This document shows positions 36,002 through 48,800 of a stretch of 64,000 nt of DNA, piece by piece. The stretch is from Candidatus Latescibacterota bacterium (GTDB lineage Bacteria; Latescibacterota; UBA2968): positions 4,864,001 through 4,928,000 of the forward strand of contig OZ242320.1 of the NCBI GenBank assembly GCA_965208125.1. Reading direction: 5' to 3'. Within the stretch, counting starts at the first letter, position 1. Every line of letters starts with the position of its first letter. The notes beneath the pieces are model-generated. The model did no database searches. It was not told the origin of the DNA and saw only the letters and a program-made list of their open reading frames with translations. The position numbers and the translations under genes were made by a program.

Positions 36002-37239
36002 ACAGGTTGTTTTTCCAGAGTCTCGGGGACGAGAAAGAGGAAAATGCCCGCTGCGGAAAGGCCAATACCTGCAATAGCCAGAGCAGCAGGCGATAGACCG
36101 AAGAAGTCGGCGACATAACCGACGCATACGGGACCAGACATGCGTCCGCCATCGCCGATGAGGCGCCAGAGGCCCAAAAATTCGCTCAGGGCATCGCGGG
36201 GTGCAAGGTCGGCCCCCAGGGTCATCATGGCTCCTGAACTGAGGCCATTGCCAAATCCGAGCAGACTGGCGGCGAGGAGAAGTGCGATAAATTCTCCTGT
36301 GATGAGGCTAAGGAAAAAAAAGGGCAAATTCAGGTGAGCGGCCAGGGATTCTGTGAGAGGGATAAGCGCCATCCCAATGGCTTGTAGGGCGAAGCTGGGT
36401 ACATTGGCGAATTTGCGTCCAAAGCGGTCCATGATGACCCCAGCGGGATAAAACATCATCATGTCGATAAAGCCCGAGACCGTCATGATGAGGCCGATTT
36501 GTTCATATCCCAAATTGAGGACTTCGGCGCCGTAAAGCGGTATGATGATGTAGCGACCACTGCGAATGGTTTGGGCAAAGAGCTGACCTGTACCTGCAGT
36601 GATCAGATTTTTGCTGTGGGCGCGAAAGATGTTAGCGAAGTGTCGCGCAAGGCCGTGTTGCGGTGGCGATACGCGCTTGCGAGAGGCTTCAACGGCGATT
36701 GCCGCGACTACTGCGGCTAAGAGTGAGATTCCGCCATAAACGAGAAATGGATATTTTACGGAGGTGACCGAGGCAATATAGCCGCCGATGACAGGGCCCC
36801 CAAAGGTGCCGATACGGCTGATGCCACCAAATACAGAGAGGGCGCGGCCCCTCTGGTGGACGGCTGTGGCATCGGCCAAATAAGCATACCGCGAGATGTC
36901 CCAAAGTGCGCCGCCTATCCCGCCCACAAAGCGCAGCAGGAAGACTACAGAGATGGATGGTGCAAAAAAGAGGCCTGCGCCGCACAATGCAACTGTGAGG
37001 GCCCCCAATAGCATCGCGGATTTGCGACCAATGCGGTTGAGTACCATGGCCGCGGGCAGGTCGCCAACGAGGTGGCCGATACCCTCGGCAGCGAGCACGA
37101 GACCGACGAGGCCGTAAGAAATGTCAAACGATTTGGCGTAGAGTGGCAATATGGGGACGAGCAGGCCACTGCCCAGTCTGAGTAAAAATGTGGGGATAAA
37201 GACGGGGAGGATAAGGGGGTTGCGGATGATTGCGCTCAT
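35998..37239 (-). CDS. MFS transporter
   Basis: About 12 TM helices; NRIGRK and DRFGRK loop motifs; start MSAIIRN at 37239 avoids overlap with the divergent gene. Confidence 0.9.
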   Translation of the reverse strand: MSAIIRNPLILPVFIPTFLLRLGSGLLVPILPLYAKSFDISYGLVGLVLAAEGIGHLVGDLPAAMVLNRIGRKSAMLLGALTVALCGAGLFFAPSISVVFLLRFVGGIGGALWDISRYAYLADATAVHQRGRALSVFGGISRIGTFGGPVIGGYIASVTSVKYPFLVYGGISLLAAVVAAIAVEASRKRVSPPQHGLARHFANIFRAHSKNLITAGTGQLFAQTIRSGRYIIIPLYGAEVLNLGYEQIGLIMTVSGFIDMMMFYPAGVIMDRFGRKFANVPSFALQAIGMALIPLTESLAAHLNLPFFFLSLITGEFIALLLAASLLGFGNGLSSGAMMTLGADLAPRDALSEFLGLWRLIGDGGRMSGPVCVGYVADFFGLSPAALAIAGIGLSAAGIFLFLVPETLEKQPV

Positions 37240-37284
37240 TGAAGTAAAAAACAAAAATAAGAGGCAAAAAGCAACCACTACACA

Positions 37285-38016
37285 ATGGATTTTCCAATAC
37301 GCGAAATATGTTATGCGAGCGGTATTTTTTGGATTGCGGGTAGCTTGCAAGGGTTGACAGGGTTTGGGTTTAATCTGCTTTCTATACCGGCAATGGTTTT
37401 GTGGTTTCCCGCACAGGTGGTTGTGCCCGGGGTTTTGATGTCTTATTTGCCTTTGGGCACCGGCCAGTTTATTCAACTGCGGCGGGATGTGGATTGGAAG
37501 GTGCTGGGGATGATTGTGGGTACTGCGATTGTGGGTATGCCTTTGGGCGCGTTTGTGTTACGCGATACAGATGCAGAAGTGATGAAGCGCGCCATTGGTT
37601 TGGCGATGGTGGTATTAGCAATTGTTCTGCAATTGCGACCGGGTAATCCTTTTCGACATGATGCACTGACCTGTGTGGGGGTGGGTATGTTCAGTGGTTT
37701 TTTGTCGTCCAGTATCGGTGTATCTGGACCGCCTATCGTTCTGTTTGGACTGAAACAGCGCTGGCCGCAGGCGATGATGCGCGCAACGCTTTTGACCTGT
37801 TTTTTGTGTACTTCTACGTTGAGTCTCTGTGTGTTGTGGGCAGTAGGAGTGTTGACGCTTGAGAGTTTGCAATTCGTCCTCTGGGGTGCGCCGGGTTTGA
37901 TTTTGGGATTTTTGACCGCGACCTATCTCCGCGCACGGGTTCACCAGGTGGCGGTGTTTCGCTGGATTTCGATTGGTATGGTAATGGCTGGCGGATTGGC
38001 TGCGGCGATTTTTTGA
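37285..38016 (+). CDS. Sulfite exporter TauE/SafE family protein
   Basis: AGSLQGLTGFGF, GMPLGA, SGFLSSSIGVSGPP. Confidence 0.88.
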   Translation: MDFPIREICYASGIFWIAGSLQGLTGFGFNLLSIPAMVLWFPAQVVVPGVLMSYLPLGTGQFIQLRRDVDWKVLGMIVGTAIVGMPLGAFVLRDTDAEVMKRAIGLAMVVLAIVLQLRPGNPFRHDALTCVGVGMFSGFLSSSIGVSGPPIVLFGLKQRWPQAMMRATLLTCFLCTSTLSLCVLWAVGVLTLESLQFVLWGAPGLILGFLTATYLRARVHQVAVFRWISIGMVMAGGLAAAIF

Positions 38017-38028
38017 TGATGGGCAAGT

Positions 38029-38090
38029 GCGTGCCTGTCAGTTGATTAAACTCAACGGCCTGTTGATTGGTCAGGCACGCTATTTATTTT
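38029..38090 (+). terminator. Hairpin/terminator between the tauE-like gene and metH
   Basis: GCGTGCCTG...CAGGCACGC with inner GTTGA/TCAAC stem, T-rich tail. Confidence 0.55.
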
Positions 38091-38139
38091 ATCTTTGTCC
38101 TCGACTTTTTCCTGTTCAACCGAATAAGAGAAAAGATGT

Positions 38140-41100
38140 ATGCGTGATACAGATACAACCATTCGCAACTTGATGTCAGAGCGCATTTTGCTGCTCGATG
38201 GGGCGATGGCTACGATGATTCAGGCTTACGATCTGGACGAGCAGGCGTTTCGAGGCGAGGACTTTGGGGATCATCCCATTGATGTGAAGGGGTGTAGCGA
38301 TCTCTTGTGCCTGACGCAGCCGCATTTGATCGCGGATATTCATCGGCGATTTTTGGATGCTGGGGCGGATATTATCGAGACGAATACGTTTAATGCCACG
38401 CCGATTTCAATGGCGGAGTATCAGCTTCAGGACCGGGTTTACGATCTCAACGTGGCAGCCGCGCAGGTTGCGCAAAAAGTAGCGGATGAGGTGACAGTGC
38501 AAAATCCGGATAAACCGCGATTTGTTGCGGGTGCTCTGGGGCCAACGAGTTGTACGCTTTCGCTGTCGCCCAATGTGAATGATCCGGCTTTTCGCACGCA
38601 TACGTTTGAAGATGTTGTCAAAGGGTATTACGCGCAGATCGAGGGTTTGATGGCAGGGGGTGTGGACCTGATCCTGGTGGAGACGGTGTTTGATACGCTC
38701 ACAGCCAAAGCCGCGCTATTTGCCGTGTCGCGTTATTTTTCGGATTACGGCGTAAAAGTACCCGTGATGATTTCTGGCACAGTGGCCGATCAAAGCGGAC
38801 GCACGTTGTCCGGGCAGACCATAGAAGCGTTCTGGTTGTCGGTGGCGCACGCACAGCCCTTGAGTGTGGGGATTAACTGCGCTCTCGGTGCGCGGGAAAT
38901 GCGGCCTTATGTGGAGGCTTTGTCGCATTTTGCACCGGCGTTTATGAGTTGTTATCCCAATGCGGGTCTGCCCAATGAGTTTGGGGAATACGACGATTCT
39001 CCGGGCCACATGGCGGGTGTTTTGGGCGATTTTGCCGCGCAGGGTTGGCTCAATATCGTGGGCGGATGCTGTGGCACTACGCCCGAATATATCGCTGCGA
39101 TTGCCGAGGCTGTATCCGATAAGGCGCCGAGAAAAATTCCCGAGCGTTCTTCTGTGTCGCGCTTTAGCGGTTTGGAGCCGATGATTATTTATCCAGACTC
39201 CAATTTTATTATGATTGGCGAGCGCACCAATGTAACGGGGTCGCGACGGTTTGCGCGGTTGATCAAAACGGGCGATTATGCGGCGGCACTGGCAGTTGCG
39301 CGCGAGCAGGTGGTTGGTGGTGCGAATATGATTGATGTCAATATGGACGAGGGGTTGCTCGATTCAAAAGATGCTATGGCGACGTTTTTAAAGCTGATCG
39401 CGGGCGAACCCGATATTGCGCGCGTGCCAATTGTGATTGACAGTTCCGATTTTGAGGTGATTGAGGCCGGGTTAAAATGTGTGCAGGGCAAGGCGATTGT
39501 CAATTCTATTAGTTTGAAAGAGGGCGAGGCGGTTTTTAAGTCGCAGGCAGAAACCGTGTTGCGCTATGGTGCTGCGGTTGTGGTAATGGCGTTTGATGAA
39601 AAGGGGCAGGCGACGTCGATTGAAGATAAGGTGCGGATTTGCCAGCGCGCATATCGCATTTTGACCGAAGATGTGGGGATGGATGCGTCGGATATTATTT
39701 TTGATCCGAATATTCTGACCGTTGCAACGGGTATAGAAGAGCATAACGATTATGCAGTCAATTTTATCGAGGCAGTGAAGCAGATCAAAGAACTGTGCCC
39801 GGGCGCGAAGACGAGTGGTGGCGTGAGCAATATTTCATTCTCTTTTAGGGGCAATGATTATGTGCGGGAGGCGATTCATGCGGCTTTTTTGTACCACGCG
39901 ATTCAAGCGGGTCTGGATATGGGCATTGTCAATGCCGGACAGTTGATGGTGTATGAGGAAATTCCCGAAAATTTACGCGTGCTGATTGAAGATGTGTTGT
40001 TCAACAGGCGGGAAGATGCAACGGAACGGCTGGTGGATTTTGCCGAGTCTGTGCGGTCAGAGGGCAAGAGCCGTGAAAAAGACGATGCATGGCGGCAGGG
40101 GGCGGTTGAAGATCGCTTGAAGCACGCGCTATTGCACGGGCAGTCAGAGCATCTTGAGGAGGATCTGGAGGAGGCACTTGGCAGGTACAAACCGCTGGAG
40201 ATGATTGAAGGTCCGTTGATGGATGGGATGAATGTGGTGGGCGATTTGTTTGGCGCGGGCAAAATGTTTTTGCCTCAGGTGGTCAAAACAGCGCGCGTGA
40301 TGAAGCAGGCGGTGGCATATCTCGAGCCTTTGATGGAAGATGAGAAGGCAGGCGGCGGGGCGCGGGGCAAAGTTCTGATGGCGACTGTGAAGGGGGATGT
40401 TCACGATATTGGCAAGAATATTGTGGGCGTGGTTTTGGGGTGCAATAATTACGAGGTGATCGATCTGGGTGTGATGGTGCCCGCGGATCGCATTTTGAAA
40501 GTTGCACGAGAAAAGGCAGTCGATATTATCGGGCTGAGCGGTTTGATTACACCGTCGCTCAATGAGATGGTTCATGTTGCAGGGGAGATGCAGCGCGAGG
40601 AGTTTGACGTGCCCCTTTTAATTGGGGGAGCGACCACGAGCCGCAGGCATACGGCGGTGAAAATTGCGCCGGTTTACGAATATGCAACCGTGCATGTGAA
40701 GGATGCTTCGCGCGCAACAGGTGTGGTGGGCACGCTGTTGAACACAGAGCAGCGCGATGAGTATGTACAGGCAAATCGCGAGTCGCAGCAGCGGGCACTG
40801 GCGGAGTTTAATATTTCTCAAAGGCCGCTTATTTCTTACTCGGATGCACTGGCGCGTCGCCAGACGTTTAATTGGGCACAGATCGATCTTCCCAGACCCA
40901 GTTTTACGGGTGTGCAGACTTTGCGCGATTGCCCAATTTCTCAATTGGTCGATTTTATCGACTGGGGACCGTTTTTCCACGCCTGGGAACTGCGGGGCAG
41001 TTATCCGAAGATATTAAATGATCCTCACAAGGGCACAGAGGCGCGCAAATTGTTCGACGACGCACGGGCGATGCTTCAGGCGATTGCCGATGAAGGATGG

Positions 41101-41796
41101 CTCAGCGCACAGGCTGTGTACGGATTTTTCCCTGCAAATGCCGATGGCGACGATATTGTCGTGTTTGAAGATGAGTGCAGAGATACCGAGCGGGCGCGGT
41201 TGCCGATGTTGCGCCAGCAGCAGGAAAAGCGCGCAGGGGGACCGTATTTTTCACTGACCGATTTTGTCGCACCTGCCGGATATGCAGATTATATCGGGGC
41301 ATTTGCCGTGACTGCAGGATTGGGCGTTGACGCGAAAGCTGCGGCGTTTAAGGACGCGCTGGACGATTACAATGCCATTTTGCTCCAGGCTGTAGCGGAC
41401 CGCCTGGCTGAGGCATTTGCCGAATTTTTGCACGCGAAGGCACGGAGAGATTGGGGCTATGGTCTGAGCGAATCGTTGAGTAATGAGGATTTGATCAGGG
41501 AGAGATATCGCGGTATTCGTCCCGCGCCCGGTTATCCAGCCTGTCCGGATCACACGGAGAAGCAGACTTTGTTTGATTTGCTCGGGGTTGAGAGAGAGGC
41601 GGATATTCGGTTGACTGAGAATTTTGCCATGACCCCTGCGGCTTCGGTCAGCGGCTGGTATCTCGCACATCCCGATGCGCGCTATTTTGCCGTGGGTAAG
41701 ATCAACGCGGATCAAGTGACCGATTACGCACGGCGGAAGGGAATGCAGATGGCAGAGATGGAGCGCTGGTTGGTGCCGAATTTGGGGTATAAGTAG
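38140..41796 (+). CDS. metH: Cobalamin-dependent methionine synthase
   Basis: [38 protein letters not shown]12 motif, [14 protein letters not shown]. Confidence 0.98.
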   Translation: MRDTDTTIRNLMSERILLLDGAMATMIQAYDLDEQAFRGEDFGDHPIDVKGCSDLLCLTQPHLIADIHRRFLDAGADIIETNTFNATPISMAEYQLQDRVYDLNVAAAQVAQKVADEVTVQNPDKPRFVAGALGPTSCTLSLSPNVNDPAFRTHTFEDVVKGYYAQIEGLMAGGVDLILVETVFDTLTAKAALFAVSRYFSDYGVKVPVMISGTVADQSGRTLSGQTIEAFWLSVAHAQPLSVGINCALGAREMRPYVEALSHFAPAFMSCYPNAGLPNEFGEYDDSPGHMAGVLGDFAAQGWLNIVGGCCGTTPEYIAAIAEAVSDKAPRKIPERSSVSRFSGLEPMIIYPDSNFIMIGERTNVTGSRRFARLIKTGDYAAALAVAREQVVGGANMIDVNMDEGLLDSKDAMATFLKLIAGEPDIARVPIVIDSSDFEVIEAGLKCVQGKAIVNSISLKEGEAVFKSQAETVLRYGAAVVVMAFDEKGQATSIEDKVRICQRAYRILTEDVGMDASDIIFDPNILTVATGIEEHNDYAVNFIEAVKQIKELCPGAKTSGGVSNISFSFRGNDYVREAIHAAFLYHAIQAGLDMGIVNAGQLMVYEEIPENLRVLIEDVLFNRREDATERLVDFAESVRSEGKSREKDDAWRQGAVEDRLKHALLHGQSEHLEEDLEEALGRYKPLEMIEGPLMDGMNVVGDLFGAGKMFLPQVVKTARVMKQAVAYLEPLMEDEKAGGGARGKVLMATVKGDVHDIGKNIVGVVLGCNNYEVIDLGVMVPADRILKVAREKAVDIIGLSGLITPSLNEMVHVAGEMQREEFDVPLLIGGATTSRRHTAVKIAPVYEYATVHVKDASRATGVVGTLLNTEQRDEYVQANRESQQRALAEFNISQRPLISYSDALARRQTFNWAQIDLPRPSFTGVQTLRDCPISQLVDFIDWGPFFHAWELRGSYPKILNDPHKGTEARKLFDDARAMLQAIADEGWLSAQAVYGFFPANADGDDIVVFEDECRDTERARLPMLRQQQEKRAGGPYFSLTDFVAPAGYADYIGAFAVTAGLGVDAKAAAFKDALDDYNAILLQAVADRLAEAFAEFLHAKARRDWGYGLSESLSNEDLIRERYRGIRPAPGYPACPDHTEKQTLFDLLGVEREADIRLTENFAMTPAASVSGWYLAHPDARYFAVGKINADQVTDYARRKGMQMAEMERWLVPNLGYK

Positions 41797-41819
41797 AGAT
41801 AGCGAAGAAGGAAAACAGC

Positions 41820-42428
41820 ATGCATGTTTATATCGTATTTGCTCATCCGAGTAAGCGGTCTTTTACGGGTGATGTGCTGGCAGAGTTTTGTCGTGGGTTG
41901 AAGGATGGAGGCCACTCATACGAGATAGGCGATTTGTACGAAATAGATTTCAGGACTGATATGAGTCTGGACGAATACAACCGGGAGATGAATGTCTATG
42001 GCAATCGTCCGGAATTACCTGTGCCCCCTGATGTGCAGGCTGAACACGCAAAGATTGAGAAAGCCAATGGCCTAGTGTTCGTATTTCCAGTTTGGTGGAG
42101 TGATGGTCCGGCAAAATTGAAGGGCTGGTTTGATCGGGTCTGCGTCTGTGGATATACGTATGTGTATGAGAACGAGAAATACCCGATGTCTGGACTCGAG
42201 ATTGATAGGGCATTAGTCTTGTGTACTGCGGGTCACACACTTGAGGATCTCGAAGAAACCGGTATTTTAGAGAGTATGCGGTGTATCTATCTCAATGATC
42301 GCCTTCGCCCTGAAATAGGCGTGGCACGGACGGATATGGTTGTGTTGGGTGGGACGGTTGAAGGCGGAGAAAGCGTAAGGCACAAGAATCTCGCACGGGC
42401 TTATCATTTAGGAAAGGAGTTTTGCTGA
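41820..42428 (+). CDS. Flavodoxin-like NAD(P)H:quinone oxidoreductase (Flavodoxin_2)
   Basis: AHPSKRSF, DLY, FPVWWSDGPAKLKGWFDRV. Confidence 0.9.
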   Translation: MHVYIVFAHPSKRSFTGDVLAEFCRGLKDGGHSYEIGDLYEIDFRTDMSLDEYNREMNVYGNRPELPVPPDVQAEHAKIEKANGLVFVFPVWWSDGPAKLKGWFDRVCVCGYTYVYENEKYPMSGLEIDRALVLCTAGHTLEDLEETGILESMRCIYLNDRLRPEIGVARTDMVVLGGTVEGGESVRHKNLARAYHLGKEFC

Positions 42429-42464
42429 AAGTATTCCATATATATGTTTGTCCAACAAATAGTT

Positions 42465-42508
42465 AGCCCTACAAGTTCAATTAATTTTGTGGGGCTTTTT
42501 TATTTTTT
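42465..42508 (+). terminator. Rho-independent terminator
   Basis: AGCCCTACAAG...TTTGTGGGGCT followed by TTTTTATTTTTT. Confidence 0.7.
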
Positions 42509-42642
42509 AGCAGTCTATTTTCTATATTGTCGAATAATCTTATATTTGAAAAGCGTTTGGTGTGTTTGACTGAGCGTTGTATTTTTTGAAAAATGAATGT
42601 GTGAGAGGTAAGGCTCAATTAACCGCTGAAAAGGCATAAACA

Positions 42643-44058
42643 ATGCGCAGAGCGAAAATTGTGAGTACACTCGGGCCAGCGAGTTCTTCGGAGCGCGTGA
42701 TAGAGCAACTGATTGGGGCGGGGGTAGATGTTTTTCGGCTCAATTTTTCACACGGGACGCGGGATGAACACGCGGAGAATGTTGGGCGGATTCGGCAGAT
42801 TGCGGATAACATGCAGCGCAGTATCGCCATTTTGCAGGATTTGCAGGGTCCAAAAATGCGGGTGGGGAAACTCGCAGAGGATCCGATTGAATTGGAGGAA
42901 GGCAGCAGGCTGACGGTGACGACCCGCGAAGTTCCGGGCGATGCCGAGTGTGTATCGACAACTTATGCGAGATTGCCTCGAGATGTGAAGCCTGCGGACC
43001 GCATATTGCTCGATGACGGACATATTGAGTTGCTGGTGCGCGAGGTCTATGGCTCGGATGTCGTGTGTGAGGTTGTGGTGGGTGGGCTATTAAAATCCAA
43101 TAAGGGCATCAACTTGCCCGGGGTACAGGTCAGCGCGCCTTCTCTGACGACCAAAGACCGGGAGGACCTGGATCTGGGCATCGAATTGGGCGTGGATTAT
43201 ATTGCTTTGTCTTTTGTGCGGGAACCCGACGATGTGCGAGAGGTTCAACATATTATTGAACGGGCAGAGAAGGAGATCCCCGTTATTGCAAAGCTGGAAC
43301 GCGCCGAAGCTATCGATCACCTCGAAGATATTCTCGATGTCGCCGATGGCGTGATGGTTGCGCGGGGCGATCTGGGCGTAGAATTATCACCTGAAGATGT
43401 GCCAGTGATCCAGAAACGCGTGATTACGGCAGCCAACCGCGCAGGGGTATTCGTGATTACGGCCACGCAGATGCTGGAGTCGATGACCGATCATCCGCGG
43501 CCCACGCGCGCCGAGGCGTCAGATGTGGCCAATGCGATTTTCGACGGCACCGATGCGGTGATGCTATCTGGGGAGACCGCAATAGGCAAATATCCCGTTC
43601 AAACCGTGCAAATGATGGCGCGGATTATTGAGACAGCCGAAGCGAGTGTGGAACTGGCTCCACCAATTTTGAATCTGGATTCATCGCTCTCTTTTCCCGA
43701 TGCGATTGGGCAAGCTGCCGCCGCGGTATCGACAGCGGTATCTCCCAAAGCCATTGTCGCATTTACCCAATCGGGATCCACAGCGCGTCTGATTTCAAAG
43801 CGCAGACCGCGCACGCCGATTATTGCGTTTACGCCCAGCGCGAGGATATGTCGGCGGTTGTGCTTGTGCTGGGGGGTTGAACCTCGTCAAATTACGCTGA
43901 TTGACGATACGGATCGCATGGTAGCGGAAGTTGAAGCGCGTTTGCTCTCTGAGGGCAATGTGCGTTTTGGTGATACACTGGTGATTCTGGCTGGTGCGCC
44001 CATCACGGCGCGGGCTGAGACCAATTTGCTGAAATTGCATCGGGTTGGAGAAATATAG
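42643..44058 (+). CDS. pyk: Pyruvate kinase
   Basis: RAKIVSTLGPAS, RLNFSHG, DLQGPK, MVARGDLGVE, ATQMLESM, DAVMLSGETA. Confidence 0.98.
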   Translation: MRRAKIVSTLGPASSSERVIEQLIGAGVDVFRLNFSHGTRDEHAENVGRIRQIADNMQRSIAILQDLQGPKMRVGKLAEDPIELEEGSRLTVTTREVPGDAECVSTTYARLPRDVKPADRILLDDGHIELLVREVYGSDVVCEVVVGGLLKSNKGINLPGVQVSAPSLTTKDREDLDLGIELGVDYIALSFVREPDDVREVQHIIERAEKEIPVIAKLERAEAIDHLEDILDVADGVMVARGDLGVELSPEDVPVIQKRVITAANRAGVFVITATQMLESMTDHPRPTRAEASDVANAIFDGTDAVMLSGETAIGKYPVQTVQMMARIIETAEASVELAPPILNLDSSLSFPDAIGQAAAAVSTAVSPKAIVAFTQSGSTARLISKRRPRTPIIAFTPSARICRRLCLCWGVEPRQITLIDDTDRMVAEVEARLLSEGNVRFGDTLVILAGAPITARAETNLLKLHRVGEI

Positions 44059-44063
44059 CTCTC

Positions 44064-45836
44064 ATGGATGAAAAACTGATAGAAAATAAGGTCCTCAAAT
44101 CGAGGGCCTGTTTTATACTGATCGCTCTGATGGTCGTTGTGCCAGCTCATGGGGAAACGCCATCTGATGCCCCCATTGTGAGATGGCTGCACATTTCGGG
44201 TCACCGGGTGGTTTGGGGGGGGGAACTGAAAGCGCTGATGGTCACCCGCGCTTCGCCATGGTATGATTTTCTTCCCTGGATCCACGCGCGTAGATACGAT
44301 CCTTTGACGCTTGCCTCTGATCTGAAAAAATTGCGAGCGTATTACCGCGATCTGGGATATTTGACAGTATCGGTGCATTCGACTATTGAGCAACTTAGCG
44401 CAGATGAGATAGGGCTGGGAGTACACATCACAGAAGGACCTTTGACGCGGATTTCCAGAACGTCAGTAATCGGCGGTGAAGATATCGAAAACGCTTTTGG
44501 ACAGCTTGAGGGCAAACCGCTATCGAGCGACCTCGTGAACAAGGGCGTGTCGGAGGTGGTGAGTGAGTTGCGGAACAAGGGCTATGCATTTGCGCGTGCT
44601 GAGGTCGAGACGACGACTGTAGGGCAACAGGCCGAACTCGTCCTAAAACTTGCACCTGGCCCTGTGTGCAGTGTGGGCGTTGTGCAAATATCGGGACACA
44701 AAGCCGTGGCGGAAAATACCATCTTGCGCGGTCTCACATTTAAGTCGGGCGATCAATTTAGCGAAGAGGCATTGCAAAACAGCCAGTACTTGCTCTACCG
44801 TGCGGGAGTGTTTCGGTCTGTGGCTTTGGGATTGGCAGATAGCATAGCGCACGGCAATCGGGTGGATGTAGCTTTGCGCGTGTCCGAACGCCCCTTTCGC
44901 ACGTTGCGCGTGGGCACGGGGTACGACACGGATGAAGACTTGTGGGCCTCGGGCGCGTGGACACATCGCAATTTGGGGGGGGATTTCCGTCAGTTCAAGC
45001 TGTCTGGGCGCATTTCCGGAAAGAACAGGGAAGCGGTTATTGGCCTGCGGCAGGCGCATTTTAGGGGCAGTCGCAATTGGTTGAATATCGGTGGGTTTGT
45101 ACAGCGCGAACGGCAGGCTGCATTTGTGCAAGAAGAGGTGGGGGGCAATATATCTATCGAGAGAAATCTTACGAGGGCGACAGATGTGATCGCGCAGTTC
45201 AGCGGTGGCGTCGTTGATTTTTCGGCCGATAGTGCGTTTGCCGAGATAAAGGTCGGGTTGCTCAGGGACACGCGCGACGATATTTTTGACCCGCAATCGG
45301 GCATGCTCGTACAGTTCGCCTTGCGCGAACGCGGGCGGTTTCTAAGGGCGGATGGCGAATTTTTGCAGACGACGGCAGAGGGACGCTGGTTTCGTCGCAT
45401 ACCCTTGAGAAGTGTGTTGGCACTGCGCGTACAGGGCGGCGTGATTTTTGAACTGGGCAAGGCGGGCGGCGTACCCAATGTCGAACGGTTTTTTGCCGGG
45501 GGACTCAATAGCGTGCGGGGGTGGGGGGTGGATAAATTGGGGCCAAAAGATCATCAAGGTGAGCCAACAGGCGGTTTGAGTCGCGTAGAAATGAGCATGG
45601 AGATTAGAACACAGGTATTTTTTTCACTGGGTACAGCCATTTTTATAGATGTGGGCAATGTCGATGCGACGTTGGGGGCGTTTAATCCCGAATCGCTTAA
45701 GTACGCTGTGGGCGCAGGGCTTCGGTATTTGAGTCCGGTTGGTCCTGTGAGATTTGATGTGGGATACCGCCTGTCGGATGATAGTACTGTGAAAAAACGT
45801 ATTCAGTATCACATCAGTTTGGGACAGGCGTTTTAA
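44064..45836 (+). CDS. tamA: Omp85 family protein with three POTRA domains (TamA-like)
   Basis: POTRA repeats, RFFAGG.NSVRGW, GLRYLSPVGPVRFD, terminal ISLGQAF; adjacent to tamB. Confidence 0.8.
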   Translation: MDEKLIENKVLKSRACFILIALMVVVPAHGETPSDAPIVRWLHISGHRVVWGGELKALMVTRASPWYDFLPWIHARRYDPLTLASDLKKLRAYYRDLGYLTVSVHSTIEQLSADEIGLGVHITEGPLTRISRTSVIGGEDIENAFGQLEGKPLSSDLVNKGVSEVVSELRNKGYAFARAEVETTTVGQQAELVLKLAPGPVCSVGVVQISGHKAVAENTILRGLTFKSGDQFSEEALQNSQYLLYRAGVFRSVALGLADSIAHGNRVDVALRVSERPFRTLRVGTGYDTDEDLWASGAWTHRNLGGDFRQFKLSGRISGKNREAVIGLRQAHFRGSRNWLNIGGFVQRERQAAFVQEEVGGNISIERNLTRATDVIAQFSGGVVDFSADSAFAEIKVGLLRDTRDDIFDPQSGMLVQFALRERGRFLRADGEFLQTTAEGRWFRRIPLRSVLALRVQGGVIFELGKAGGVPNVERFFAGGLNSVRGWGVDKLGPKDHQGEPTGGLSRVEMSMEIRTQVFFSLGTAIFIDVGNVDATLGAFNPESLKYAVGAGLRYLSPVGPVRFDVGYRLSDDSTVKKRIQYHISLGQAF

Positions 45837-45855
45837 ATCGTAGAGACTATTTGAG

Positions 45856-48800
45856 ATGAGTAGGCGAGCAAAATCAATAATCTGGATTCTGGTCAGCGCG
45901 GGCATTGTGCTGGCGGTAGGCACAATACTGGTCGCGGGTGGCTATGCCAACGGTATTTTGCGCGATTTGGCGCAACGTGCCCTGTCCAGGCAAGGGGGTG
46001 AGGTCTGTCTAATTGGTGAGATCCAGGGCAATCCACTGGGAGATTGTCGCATCGTGGATGTGCAGGTCGGAGATTGGGTGCGGGTGGATACACTCAATGT
46101 GGCGTACAGTTTTGGGAGCCTGCTAATTGGGAAAGTTGTAGTTCATCGGCTGAGGTTGTCGGGGATTGAGATGAGGATAGATGCCTCAGGCGAAGAGACC
46201 GAGACGCCGAGGTGGGGTGTTCCGCCCCCCCTGGATTTAGCTATCGAGTCGCTGGAGATTGCGAATGCCAATGTCATAGTTGATGGTACACAGGTGCGCG
46301 ATATCTCGCTAAAGGGCGCTATTTTCGCGGGAGAATCTGAGTATCGTTTGATTCTGGAACGCTTTCGTTCGGTACAATTCGATCCGCCACTGGAGGTGTC
46401 CAATCTGTCGGGTATCGCCATTTTGCAGGCCGATCACTTGCAACTAAAGGATGTGGCGTTGCACACCCACGGCTCTCGAATTTTGTTGAGCGGATCAATG
46501 CGACAATTGGATAATCCCGAGGTGGATTTCGTTGTGAAAGCCGATTCTCTACGGCTGGTAGATCTCAAGCCTCTGATTGATCTGCCCACACGCGCTATGC
46601 AGATGCGTGGAAACTTGAAAGGTAGCCTTCAATCCCTTGTCACAGAATTAGTTGTGGAAGATGAAGAGGTTTCAGTTGGGTTTAATGGCGTCATGGGAAT
46701 TGCACCGTCCGCAGTGCGTGGAGACGCGGTTTTTAAGATCGAGACCAATGACCTCATCTCGTTGGGATACACAGGACTTGATGCTGATTTGCCCCGTATC
46801 AGCACGAGTCTGGATGGGATGATCACTTTCGCTGTGGATTCCTCTGGCGTGGAGAGCGCCGTTGCCGAGGGTGTTTTTCGGCGCGTGCAGTTTGGAGATG
46901 CGCGATTCGATTCCGTGCGTTTTGCCGTCAATTTGGCAAATGATCTGTTGCAAACGCAGATCACTGCTAACGGACCAAGTGGCAATATAGCGGGTAGCGG
47001 GGAAGCTCGGTTGACTACCTGGGATGGCGAATGGGAAATGCGATTCCGCGATCTGCACGCTGGGCATTTTCCCGGCATGCCTAAAGAGGTCGGGCCGACG
47101 ACGGGGCGTATTGATGGTGCAAGATATGTAGATCAACGGCTTTTTATCGATCATTTTGAGACGACTTTTCAGAATTGGGGGTCGCGCGTCAACGGAAATG
47201 GACGGTTGCATTTTGAAAACGAAAAGCTGGCTATTGCGGGGAATATCCAGGCGGATGTCGTATTGTCCAGTTTGACGGGCACAGATAGGTGGGGGACATC
47301 TCTGACGCTTGCGGGCAATGTGGAGGGCATGGTGGAGGGAGACTTGACAGCTGAATTGGCGGGGAATATCGCGGACAATGCCGCGGCTGATAGTTTGCAC
47401 ATTTCTGCGTTGGTCAATTCTGAGGGGCGATCTGATATTCGCGCTGAACTATCGGGCGCGGGCGGGGTGTTTTCCACTCAGGGGCATATTGATCGGCATT
47501 CTGAGGGCCAATGGCTGATGGATGTACAGGATTTAGAGGCGATAGGCGAGGTGATAGGTATAGATTTATCGGGGGCAATGGCTCTATCGGGCACATGGTC
47601 GGGAACGTTGGATGCACCCGGTTTTTCTGCACAAGGCGGCGCGGATAGCCTTGTGATTGAGGGTATTCCGCTTCAAAATGTTGCGATTGAGACGCAATGG
47701 ACGCGTCCAGATTCGGGTGCTGTCACCTTGAAGGTGGATCGCTTGACCTGGGGTGAACGGTCGTTGCAGGCGGTTTTTTTCAATGCCGCGTATAATCGTG
47801 GCGAAACATTATTTTTGTTAGGTAGTGGCGAGCAGGTAGATGACCAGATCCTTTTTCAGGGACGCGCGAAACAGGAAGCAGAGCATTTGCAGGTGGCAAT
47901 GGATTCGCTGTACGTTAAGGTTGATCAGATGGTATTGCATAACGAGGGACCTGTGCGATTCGCGTATTCTCCATCTCACGGTGTTCACATCGGGCATTTG
48001 GTGCTTTCTGGACCAGCGGGAGGGCGTCTGATCGCGCAAGACCAACAGGGCTTTCAGGCAACTGTAGAAGTGTTGTTGAAAGATCTGGACTTGCGTCCCT
48101 GGGCATTTATGGCGGGTGCTACAGGTATGGGGGGTATTCTCAATGGGGAAGTGCTTTTTGCTGGTACATTGACCGATCCCCTTATTTTTATTCAATTCGC
48201 TCTTGCAAAGGGCAAAATATCGGGTGTGGGATTCGATAGTGCCACAGGAGAGATGTCTCTGGGCAATGACAGGATACACTTTGAGGTGAAAGTCGTACCC
48301 GATGGAGATGAGGTGCTGGCACTGTTTGGTAGTTTTCCCCTTGCAGGTACAGGTGATATGCATTTGCGCGCTCGGTCTGAGGGGATCGCGTTGAGGACAG
48401 GCCAGAACACAGCGGATGAAAAAACGGAATTAGTGGGGATAAAACGGTCCGAGGAATTAACATTGGGTACAGCTCCAAACGCGTTTTTTGATGCGGCTGA
48501 GGGAATTTCTGGCGTGCTATCGTTTGATTTGGAAGCGCGTGGTCATTTTGTGCAACCAGATATTCGGGGAGTGCTCGAAATTCGAGATGGGACGTTCCAC
48601 ATGCCCGATCTGAATCGGTCTTACACACCCGTTTCGGGACGTGCTGTGTTTGGCGAAGGGAAAATTCAGATTGACAGTCTTGCGATTGGGAATTCGGCGA
48701 ATCTTTCTGGCGATATAACGCTCGAGGGTTTTTTGCCGAGCAGATGGGATTTGTCTGCACAATTTCGCGATTTTGAACCGGTTGCGCGCTCCGAATTACA

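Noticed and set aside
35070-38016. Genomic island integrated at tRNA-Gly
   Set aside because: No integrase and no duplicated tRNA 3' end seen downstream
38017-38139. SAM or cobalamin riboswitch upstream of metH
   Set aside because: No SAM-I or B12-box consensus; only a terminator-like hairpin
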